Assembly (NCBI GenBank): GCA_964016885.1
Contig: OZ024748.1
Span: 53,630,001-53,694,000 of the forward strand
Source: Eledone cirrhosa
Taxonomy: Eukaryota
Direction of reading: 5' to 3'
DNA: 64,000 nt
Both the position numbers and the translations under genes were made by a program. The stretch's first letter is position 1. Every line of letters starts with the position of its first letter. The notes beneath the pieces were generated by a model, which saw only the letters and a list, made by a program, of their open reading frames with translations, was not told where the DNA came from and did no database searches. Positions 52,467 through 64,000 of this stretch are shown here, one piece after another.

Positions 52467-53289
52467 ACACTTCCCAACAATATCAAGAACTACACTAATA
52501 TATATCTTGATTGTACTGCCTTCTTTGCTTTGTTGTTTTCTCATTTACTTTTTGCAAACGTATGTGTGTGTGTTTGAAGGTTGAAGATGTGTGGCTTAGA
52601 TGTTAACATGTTCAGCTTTTGATTGCAAGGTCACAAATTCAATTATGTGCTCTTTTCTTGAGCAAGCCACTTTATTTCACTTTACTCCAAGAGAGATCTA
52701 ATGCATACATACATATATATATATATACACTTGTGTGTGTGTATATGTGTGTATTTATGAATGCTCACCCAAGCACATTATGTAAAGAGAAATATATTTC
52801 AACATACTGGATATTTGATTTGTTGCAAAATTTGATATCTAAAACTTCCACTTTCCTATATATATATATATCTATCATAAATATAAAACTAGAGATTACA
52901 TGATACTCCAATCCTTCTGTTGAATATATTATATACCTACTATTTGCTATCTAAACACAAAAATGACATTCAAGTCTCCTCATTGCTATTTGTTTTTCAC
53001 TAAAAATAATAAAAAATGTAACAAAATAACAAAAATAAAATTTCAAAATACACATGAGATATTCATTCAGATCTCAACTATTTACAATAAATATCTCATG
53101 GGACATGGAAATATTCTGATATCATATTGTAAGACAAATAGATATTTTTTTTTTTTTCATTTTACAGTGGACCACTGCACAGATAGAGACAACCCTTTGT
53201 TGTACATTTGAACTCAACATGAGTGATCCCAAATTTAGGGTTAAGAATTACTTGAGGACCACTACACGGATAGAGACGACCCTTTGTTG

Positions 53290-53386
53290 TCTTGCTCAAG
53301 GAAACAACACATCACCCGGTCTGAGAATTGAACTCACAACCTTTCGATTGCAAGGCCAATGCTCTAACCACTAAGCCATGTGCCTC
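53290..53386 (-). mobile_element. SINE family C, 5' head only
   Basis: tcttgctcaagg...aattgaactcacaacc...ctaaccactaagccatgtgcctcc. Confidence 0.8.
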
Positions 53387-53391
53387 CATAC

Positions 53392-53433
<42 letters not shown>

Positions 53434-53494
53434 CTATGTGTATGTATGCATTTATGTATGAATGTATATATGTATATATATACACATCTATCTA

Positions 53495-53528
<34 letters not shown>

Positions 53529-53545
53529 ATATATATATATATATA

Positions 53546-53884
<339 letters not shown>

Positions 53885-54490
53885 GAATGAGTTAACAATG
53901 CTATTCATATCAGAATGAGGAGAAAGAATATATGTAACAATGTTGATATTTTTTTATGAGCAATAAAACAGTAAGTGGAATAGCTTATGTAAGAAATTTA
54001 ACCTGAGTCACTGACCCTGTCTGTGTACTTGAACTTGTTATCTGCATAACACACACATATATATATATATGCACATAACTATATATATGCATATATATAT
54101 ATGTGTGTGTGTATATACATATATATATATATGCATATAGATATATATATGAATGTGTGTATGTATATATATATATATATATTAAAATAACAGATTAAAG
54201 TTTTAGCAAAGAATCGCTGCTTTCACCATATATATATGCATGTATGTATGTATATATGCATGTATGTATGTATGTATATATGCATGTATGTATATATATG
54301 CATGTATATGTATATATATATATATGCATGTTTATGTATATATATATATGTATGTTTATGTTTATATATGCATGTATATGTATATATATATGTGTGTATA
54401 TATATATATATATATTGTATGTATATATGGATTTATATGTATGCATATATATATATGTATGCATATATATATATACATACATAAATACAT

Positions 54491-54640
54491 ACAGGTAAAA
54501 TTCCGTTATCACTAATTGCATTATTAACAAATTTTTCCATATAACATTTTTTACAATCCTTGAGTTAACAACAAACAAAAGAATTTTTCGTTACAACAAA
54601 TTTTTTTATACCTCGTGAATTTCGTTATATCGGAATTTCA
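54491..54640. mobile_element. Tc1/pogo-like MITE remnant
   Basis: TA-CAGGTAAAATTCCGTTAT...TTCGTTATATCGGAATTTCA imperfect inverted termini. Confidence 0.5.
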
Positions 54641-54650
54641 TATATATATA

Positions 54651-54784
54651 AACAGCTGTCGAAACAGCCGCAGCTCAGCTGTCGGGGTCCTGACTCTTTT
54701 CCTATTACCCACTCTACTACCCAAAGTATCAAGTACTCTGGTGCGTTATGGTCCACCGGGTTCCTTACCACATTTCCTTCGTTA
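54651..54784 (+). mobile_element. Family E element, 5'-truncated sense copy
   Basis: gtcgaaacagccgcagctcagctgtcggggtcct...accacatttccttcgtta-(TA)n. Confidence 0.78.
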
Positions 54785-54792
54785 TATTTATT

Positions 54793-55392
<600 letters not shown>

Positions 55393-55393
55393 G

Positions 55394-55441
<48 letters not shown>

Positions 55442-56559
55442 TTCTCTATCCAAAACGTAGAACCCTCTACCAATTCCTCTAAGCATGAACTTGATAAGAC
55501 TTTGTATATTTGCATTCCTCATAAAAATTCAGACAAGTTGAGAAAACAACTATATGTTTGGCGTCCATTCTTCCATGGGTTAGATGTGTGTGTGCCTCAA
55601 AGTCTATTAATGTATACATCTATGTATGTATAATATTTCACAAGCCATACATGTATACACAAATGTGTTCATACATATGCTTATGAGCCTAAGAGTATGT
55701 TTATTATTGTCTGTGAATTACTGTGTATGTGTGAATGAATGTTTGTGTGTGTGTGTTTGTATTATAATATGTATGTGTATATATTTGTGTATGTATGATA
55801 ATGTAAGTATAAGTATGTGTGTGTATGACTGTGTTCATTTTTGTTAGTTTGTGTGTGTGTGTTTCTGTGATATTATTGGTGTGTATTTGAAAGTACCAGT
55901 AATGTACTGGGGTTGATTTAATCGACTTTCACTCCCCCAAAATTGTTGGCCTTGTGCCTAAATCAGAAACTATTATTTGTGTGTATATATTTCTGTATGT
56001 GTATATATGTGATAATGTATGTATAAATGTGTGTATATATGGATATGTACATTTAGATGTGTGAGTGTTTGTATGTATGCATGTCTGTGTGTGAATGTAT
56101 GTATGTATGTATGTATGTATGTGTGTGTATGTATGTATGTGTGTCTGTGTGTGTATGTATGTATGTATGTATGTATGTGTGTGTGTATGTATGTGTGTCT
56201 GTGTGTGTATGTATGTATGTATGTCTGTGTGTATGTATGTATGTGTGTCTGTGAATGTATGAATGTCTATCTGTCTGTGAAGATATGTATGTATGTGTGA
56301 AGGTATGTGTGTCTGTGAATGTATGTATGTGTGTGAAGGTATGTATGTATGTGTGTCTGTGAATGTATGTATGTGTGTGAAGGTATGTCTGTATGTATGT
56401 GAAGGTATGTATGTATGTATGTATGTATGTATGTATGTGAAGGTTTGTATGTGTGTGTCTCTGTGAAGGTATGGTTGCATGCTAGCCAGGGGATTGCTTG
56501 CTAAGCAAATTACATACACACTTATGATTCATAACAGACTTGATATAACTGATTGATAA

Positions 56560-57010
56560 CACCACACTACGCCACTCCACCCTACACCACACCACCCTAC
56601 ACTACCCCAACCTGCACTATGCCACCCTGCACTACACCAACCTGCACTATGCCACCCTGCACTACACTACACCACACCACACCACACTACACTACACATC
56701 ACACTCCACCACACTACACCACTCCACACCACACCACTCCACACCACTCCACACTATGTCACCCTACACTACACTAAATCCTAACACACCACAACACACT
56801 ACACTACACATCACCACACTACACCACTCCACACCACTCCACACCACCCTACATCACACCACTCCACACTACGTCACCCTACACTACACTAAATCATAAC
56901 ACTCCACACCACACTACACACCACATTACACCACACCACACTAAACAACACCACACCACACTACACCACATTACACTACATCACACTACACCACACTACA
57001 CTACACATCA
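56560..57010. repeat. Degenerate pentanucleotide (CACTA/CACCA)n
   Basis: Direct inspection. Confidence 0.85.
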
Positions 57011-59538
57011 CGACAAGTTAGTCTTTATGTGGTTACTCAATTTTCTAGAAATAGCAGCTAAATTTCCTTTTAGACATACTCTGCTCTCTTAATTCTTTCG
57101 TTACCACATCTCTCAAAGATGCTGCCTATATTTTGAAAGTAATAAATAATTTGGAGAGATTTAGTAAAGAAAAAAAATCAAATTTTCTCATTATTAGGCT
57201 GGTCTTTGGAACATAACTTAACAAAGATTATTTGTAAAAGATTTTGAGGTAAGGCTTTTAGTTAAATATGAATACTTTAAAATATACAGTTTTGAAATAT
57301 AGTCCCAGGGGAGGGGATTTAAGGGTTTTGACATTGAAAGGTTACAAAAGCAGACGTTCATTAATGTAGTCCCTATTTCTCTGTAGATAGGAAAACTACA
57401 GACAGTCACAACTGGAGTTCCTTTGGTGATAGGTATGCTTGATCAAGATGGACCTGGGGTTAAACAACATCTATAACAATGTAGCTTCTATGTGGTCGTT
57501 TGAGCTGCTAGAAATAGCAGTTAATAGTTTCCTTCACATCACAACCTGTTTGTCTTATATCAGGACAGCAGGAATTAGATAACTGTTTCTACTTTTGGCA
57601 CAAGGCCAGCAATTACCCCAGTGAGTTACTGGTACTTTATTTTATTGACCTCGTAAGGATGAAAGGCAATGTTAATCTCGATGGGATTTGAAATCACAAC
57701 GTAAAGGGCCATAACTCTATACTGCAAGGCTGGAATACTTATGATTATATATTTACTCAATTCGGGGTTGACCCGGGGCTAAACAAGAATAAGGGTGAGG
57801 ACAACAACAACAACAGCACAAGGCAACAACCACAATAACAGCAACTGCACAGGTCAATATAATGCCAGATACACAAATATATGCACAACATGTAATATAC
57901 ATTATACAACACTAGCCAGTGACGAAGCCTCACCGTGGACGCTCTCTGTGCTAGATATAGTAGCCAATTTTCGCTTAACTCTTTTGATACCAAACTGCAC
58001 AAAACCACTCTGGATTTATGATACAAAACTGCTCATTTTAAAATGTTTATCTGTAGATTAAAACCCTCAATCAGAATTTTATTTTTATAAATTTTTGTTG
58101 AGAAATTCTTTAAACATGAGCTTACTAATGAAAAACGCATTTTTTTCACTGAATTTCTCCAAATTTTTAGTTATTTCCAAAATTAATTGAAACATTAGAA
58201 ATAACGTAATGAAGAGGTAAAATCACACACCCTACAGTTTTAATTCTTTTGATATGACAGTACTGCCTGAAACTACCCTAGGTTTGACAATACAAAACTT
58301 TGTTTTAATGTGTTTATATTTTTCTAAAAACGCTTTGTCATAGTTTTATATAAGAACCTTTGTTAAGTTATGTTCCAAATACCTGACTAAGAATGAGAAA
58401 GTTAGTTACTTACCAAATTCTTGATTTTTTTTAAAAAATTGATTTGAAAACAGTAGGAAGTTTCTTTCATTACAAATTTGGTAATTGAAGGGTTAAAGAT
58501 TGTTGATATAGAAAAATACATTGGACGGTGTAGAAAGAGAAACATAATGCCTGAAAAAATAAGATGGGATGGTCATGGCTGGAAAATGTTTGTTATATGT
58601 CTTTGCAATGAAAGCAGACCTGGTGAAAACCACTGAAAAACATTACAAAACACAAGCAAATGAGAGGAGCTTCTATGTATATATGGTCACTTGTCTAGCT
58701 AGATATAACAGCCAAGACCCCAGCAAAATATATCTTTCTGTGATTTTAACATTTTTTACAGCAACCTACCCCTAAAACCAGCTCTGGTAAAAAAAAAGAA
58801 AAAAAAAAGCTATTTTAAAGGATTTCGAATTAACTCTTGATAGTAACCCAGCCAAACCCAATTCTGATTCTACAAAAACAAAACCAAAAAAGCCCGCCCA
58901 TTTTAAAGTGTTCCTAATTAAACTAAAATATTCCCACATAATTTTCTATAGAAATCATATGTAATTATCTTAGTAATGAAATGACAGTTTTAGTAAATCA
59001 CTCAACATTTTTCAACGAAATGTTTGATACAAACCCGGGCCAAAGTAAGTGCTGGTTCCACGAAACAAAACCACACATTTTAATGAGTTCCTATTTAAAT
59101 TACTATTTTCCACACATTAATTTCTATAAAAAGCATTTGTTAATTTACTGCCTAGTTAATTAAATAATTAATAATTATAGTAAATCTCTCAAAATTCTTC
59201 AATAATTAATTGAAATAGAGGATATTTCATAAGAAATACGGTCAGAAAAGGGTTAAATAAAAGTGAAAGATACATTTGATAATGGGGTCTGAAAAAAAAT
59301 AGTTTGTCTTTTGATTATATATATATATATATAATCAAAAGACAAATTATATATATATATATATGTGTGTGTGTATATCTGTGTGTGTGTGTACCTGCAT
59401 GAATATATAGGTATAAATATATGCGAGAGTTTGAATGAATATATATACATTTGTACAAATATATACATACCCACACACATATATATGTATTTATGTTTAT
59501 ATATGTATATGTGTGTGGATGTAGATGTATGCGTATAA

Positions 59539-59670
59539 GATGATTTCTCCTGAATGAAACAGTTCTAGTCCTGTAGAAGCCTTTCTATATTAAATATATT
59601 TATACTCTGTTTTGTATTGAGTACCTTACTTACTTACTGTGGTTACCCCCGATTGAACCCCGGTTAAGCT
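59539..59670 (+). mobile_element. Family B element, 5'-truncated sense copy
   Basis: gatgatttctcctgaatgaaacagttctagtcctgtagaagc...tactctgttttgtattgagtacc...; homologous to 32658-32768. Confidence 0.78.
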
Positions 59671-59949
59671 TATATATATATACATATATATAAATATATA
59701 TACACATACATACAGACACACGAATATATGCATATATGATGCAAGCAATAATATATATATTCACTGCATGTCCAATCTCACTGTCCAACTATCTTCCATG
59801 ATGGGTTTTTTTCCTCTTCCGTCTCTCTTATTTCCCCTGCTAAAGAATTATCATGCAGGCAGCAAAAAATGGAAGGAAGAAATAAGAGGCTTAGCAACTA
59901 TTTACTCCATTCTGATTAATGTATGTATGGCATCTAGGCATGACTATAT

Positions 59950-59997
<48 letters not shown>

Positions 59998-60146
59998 TAT
60001 ATATATGTATATATATGTATGTATGTTTGTATGTATGTATGTATTATATATATGTATATATATGTATGTATGTTTGTATGTATGTATGTATTATATATAT
60101 TCATATATACATATATATATACATGTATTATATATATTCATACATA

Positions 60147-60185
<39 letters not shown>

Positions 60186-60257
60186 TAAATATATTCATAT
60201 ATATATCTATATATACATGTATTATATATATTCATACATATATATATGTATGTATTA

Positions 60258-60287
<30 letters not shown>

Positions 60288-60289
<2 letters not shown>

Positions 60290-60476
60290 TGTTTCTACTT
60301 TAGGCACAAGGCCAGCAATTACCCAGTGCATTACTGGTACTTTATTTTATCGACCCTGTAAGGATGAAAGGCAAAGTCAACCTCGGCGGGATTTGAACTC
60401 AGATCATAAAGGGCCGTAACTCTTTGCTGCAAAGCATGGCGTCCGACCCTCTACCGATACTGCCAATCCACCGCCC

Positions 60477-60477
<1 letters not shown>
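60288..60477 (-). mobile_element. SINE family M, full length
   Basis: Minus strand agggcggtggattggcagtatcgg...gagttcaaatcccgccgagg...gcctttcatcc...gtagaaacaattattatt. Confidence 0.9.
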
Positions 60478-60478
<1 letters not shown>

Positions 60479-60514
<36 letters not shown>

Positions 60515-60686
60515 AATATTGTGTACAGTGCTCAGGTGCACTACAACTCATCAAAAAGTGTATGTATAGTACATAGGGTAATGTACAAACGTCAGGAAAA
60601 TGAACAGTGCATGAGTCATGATACACACGTGTGCATGTGTATGGAAGGGGTACATCAGGTGTAGTTTTGGCGTATTTCGGGAAGCA
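60479..60686 (-). mobile_element. Probable CR1/L2-group LINE 3' end with (ATT)n tail
   Basis: Minus strand ...LPEIRQNYT* then a UTR ending gtagtgcacctgagcactgtacacaatatttc-(ATT)n; clade assignment is tentative. Confidence 0.45.
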
Positions 60687-61169
60687 TACATACATATATA
60701 TATGTATGTATGTATGTGTGTATTATACATATTCCTATATATATATATATATATATGTATTATATATATGCATTATAAATATGTATATATGTGTATGTGT
60801 TATATATATATGTCTATAATATATACACACACACACATATATACACCATGTATGGTATACAGGTAACAGCATGTGTACATGAGTGTGTGTGTGCGTGTAT
60901 ATATATATATGTATATATATATATAAATGTACATACATACATGTATGCCTATGTCACTTGTCATAATTCAGATGTATAGAACTATTATTGAAGGTTAAGT
61001 TCATCATAAAAATTCTTAACCATATACACACACTTTATTACACACACACACACACGCATACATACACATGCAGATATACACAGCTCCCCTATATATATAT
61101 ATATACATATATATATATGTATATGTGATATATATCAGATATATATACACATACAGGTATACCTGTATA

Positions 61170-61216
<47 letters not shown>

Positions 61217-61217
<1 letters not shown>

Positions 61218-62603
61218 GCACAACTAATTAGAGAAAGGGTCAAACTAGATGAGATGCAGTTTGGTTTTGTGCCTGGGAAGAGTACAACAGATGCCCTCTT
61301 CTTTGTGAGACAATTACAAGAGAGGTTCTTAGAGAAAAATAAGCCACTATACTTAGCCTTTGTTGACCTAGGTTCCCCAATCTGTCATCTGGTGGTCCCT
61401 AAGGAAACTAGGTGTTGAGGAATTTCTTGTGAGGACAGTGCAAACTTTGTACAGAAGTACCCTCAGTAAATTCAGAGTAGGAATAGAGTTTAGTGAGGAA
61501 TTCCAGATACAAGTAGGAGTACATGAAGGTTCAGTCCTCAGCCAGCTCTTGTTCATTATAGTCCTCCAAGCCATAACAGAAGAGTTTAAGACTGGCTGTT
61601 CATGGGAACTTCTTTATGCTGACGGTCTGGTTCTTATAGCAGAATCAGTAGAGGAGCTAGAGAATAAATTCTGGCTATGGAAACAGCAGTTGGAAGCAAG
61701 AAGACTGAGAGTGAATCTAGCTAAGACAAAAGTGTTGATGACTAGAAAAGAAGACAAAACCCTGATTCCGTCAGGGAAATGGCCACGTTAGATATGCAGA
61801 AAAAGAACTGGCATAAATTCTATAAAATGCACACAATGCAGATCCTGGGTACACAAGAGATGTAGTGGGATAGCAGCAAACTAACAGGTAGAGAGAAATA
61901 CGTATGCAGTAAATGTACAGGGAATTAGACAGTAAAAGTCGCAATGATTGACACATATTTCAAATGCAGGCGGGTGCTATAGAAATGGTGGATACGTTCT
62001 GGTACCTTGGCGATCAGATTAGCATGGGGGGGGGGGGGTCCGCGGCCATAGTATCTAGAATAAGGACAGGTTGGAAGAAGTTTAGGGAGCTACTTCCTCT
62101 GTTGATGAAGAAGGGTTTCTCCCTGCGTACGAAAGGCCGGTTTTATGATGCCTGTGTGAGGAGCACGATGCTGCATGGTAGTGAGACATGGGCGGCAACT
62201 GCAGAGGATATGCGACGGCTGGAGAGAAATGAGGCAAGCATTCTCCGTTGGATGTGAAATGTCAATGTGTGTGAATGACCCAACATGAATGTGTTGAGAG
62301 AGAAACTGTGTCTGAGAGGGATAGAATGTAGTGTGCGAGAGAGGAGACTGAGGTGGTATGGACATGTGATGTGCATAGAGGATGACCGATGGGTGAAGAA
62401 GTGCCAGGAAATGCCAGTTGAAGGAAGACGTGGTAGAGGTAGACCACGAAAAACATGGGCGGAGGTGGTGAGAACAGACCTCAGATCGCTGAAGCTCGCG
62501 GTGGAGATGACGAAGGACCGTGACAAGTGGAGAGATGCTGTGCTGAATAAGACATGTCCCACCCTTGCAAGCAGGGAAAAGCGGACATAAAATGATGATG
62601 ATA
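61217..62603 (+). mobile_element. RTE-clade LINE, RT domain to 3' end, with frameshifts and stops
   Basis: QFGFVPGKSTTDA, LYLAFVDL, VGVHEGSVLS, LLYADGLVLIA, VNLAKTKV, FWYLGD, LHGSETW, GRPRKTW; (TGA)n tail. Confidence 0.95.
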
Positions 62604-62633
62604 TACACATATGTGTGTGTGTATATATATATG

Positions 62634-62686
<53 letters not shown>

Positions 62687-62714
62687 GTCTATGTGTGTAT
62701 ATATATATATATAT

Positions 62715-63197
62715 CATCATCATCATCATCATCGTTTAACGTCCATCTTCCACGCTTGCATGGGTTTGGACGGGAGTTTTCCCACTTGAGGCAAGAGTGG
62801 TTGTCTTGCTCGCATAGGACTGTCTGGCGGGTTATCTACGGCTGGATGCCCTTCCCAACACCAACCACGTTTACAGTATGGACTGGGAGGTTTTTACCAT
62901 GTTACCTACACGGCCACATTACAGCGTGGACTGTGTGTTTTTTTGTCGTGACACCTACACGACCTCATTTGTTTCGGACTGGATGTTGTGGTACCAACAT
63001 AACTTTACATTGAAAGGGGTGGTGTGGATGGGGTGGGGGTAGTGGGACGGGGGTGTATTTTTGTTAGAGGTGCCTACTGACTGTAGTAGGTTTCAATTTG
63101 TACTTAGGTAAGGTGGGTCTTCTGTATTACTGTGTAGCGCCAAAGATCTCGGTCCAGTGACATTGTCTTGGAGAGGTGTAAGTGTGTGAGGTCGGAA
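62715..63197 (-). mobile_element. RTE LINE 3' end (sister subfamily of 19263) with long 3' UTR
   Basis: Minus strand SDLTHLHLSKTMSLDRDLWRYTVIQKTHLT* aligns with ADLTQLHLSKSMTHDRDFWRHAVIQGTRPP; UTR and (TGA)n tail. Confidence 0.82.
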
Positions 63198-63574
63198 TAT
63201 ATATATATATGTATATATATATGTGTGTGTGTGTGCTTTTGTGTTTGTATATAAACGGTAAACAAATATCAAAAATAAGAAAACAAACGACACAGTACAT
63301 GGAAGAAATATATTAGTTTAATGCTTGAAATAGCAGGAAGAGAGTCTTATATATATACACACATAATATATATACAGGTATACTTCACCCTATGTCATTA
63401 ATTTGTTCCAGAAGTCAAGACTTAAGGTGAAAAACGCGGAATATTGCCTATCCCCCATAAACTCCTAACAGGTATTACCTACATTACTTTATGCTGTATA
63501 TTTTAACATTTATTTAAATGAGATTTCATGTTTTTATTGATTATTTTTAGTGTTTTTTGTGGTTTAATATTTTT

Positions 63575-64000
63575 AGTAGAGCGATGTGAAGTTAGGTTGA
63601 CATAACACAAGGTGTATTTTTGGTAGACCAATGTAAAGTTGGGTCAACATAGCACTAGATGTATCTTTGGTAGACCAATGTAAAGTTGGGTCAACATAGC
63701 ACTAGATGTATCTTTGGTAGACCAATGTAAAGTTGGGTCAACATAGCACTAGATGTATCTTTGGTAGACCAATGTAAAGTTGGGTCGACATAACACTAGA
63801 TGTATTTTTGGTAGACCAATGGAAAGTTGGGTCAACATAACACGAGGTCTATTTTTGGTAGACCAATGTAAAGTTGGGTCAACATAACACGAGGTCTATT
63901 TTTGGTAGACCAATGGAAAGTTGGGTCAACATAACACAAGGTCTATTTTTGGTAGACCAATGTAAAGTTGGGTCAACATAACACGAGGTCTATTTTTGGT
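63575..64000. repeat. 47-bp minisatellite, ~9 copies, running off the window
   Basis: ggtagaccaatgtaaagttgggtcaacataacacgaggtctattttt; copies start at 63622, 63669, 63716 and onward. Confidence 0.92.

Noticed and set aside
53169-53290. 34-bp direct repeat ggaccact.cac.gatagagac.accctttgttgt around tttagggttaag
   Set aside because: Single occurrence with no diagnostic termini; not a telomeric array and cannot be classified

Overview
Eukaryotic, very AT-rich, repeat-dominated intergenic or intronic DNA. It is most likely cephalopod (octopus-like), inferred from the tRNA/CORE SINEs, RTE LINE tails and long (TA)n runs; this is not verified. I find no supportable host protein-coding exon, and almost all listed ORFs are translations of micro- and minisatellites. 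Recognisable content: decayed RTE and L1/Tx1-type LINE fragments, at least three tRNA-headed SINE families, TTAA-flanked (piggyBac-like) and TA-flanked (Tc1/mariner-like) MITEs, and large CAC/GTG minisatellite blocks. The main signal is a set of short non-coding elements inserted in (TA)n. Many carry minimal type I hammerhead ribozyme motifs (CUGANGA...GAAA...UH) and share one layout: a 5' inverted arm, a sense copy, then a roughly 70-95 nt tail starting with a conserved ACTC...GAGT hairpin. At least five sequence-unrelated families show this layout. It fits non-autonomous Penelope-like or retrozyme-type elements. One locus (31777-32490) preserves a head-to-tail junction that suggests a tandem or circular template.
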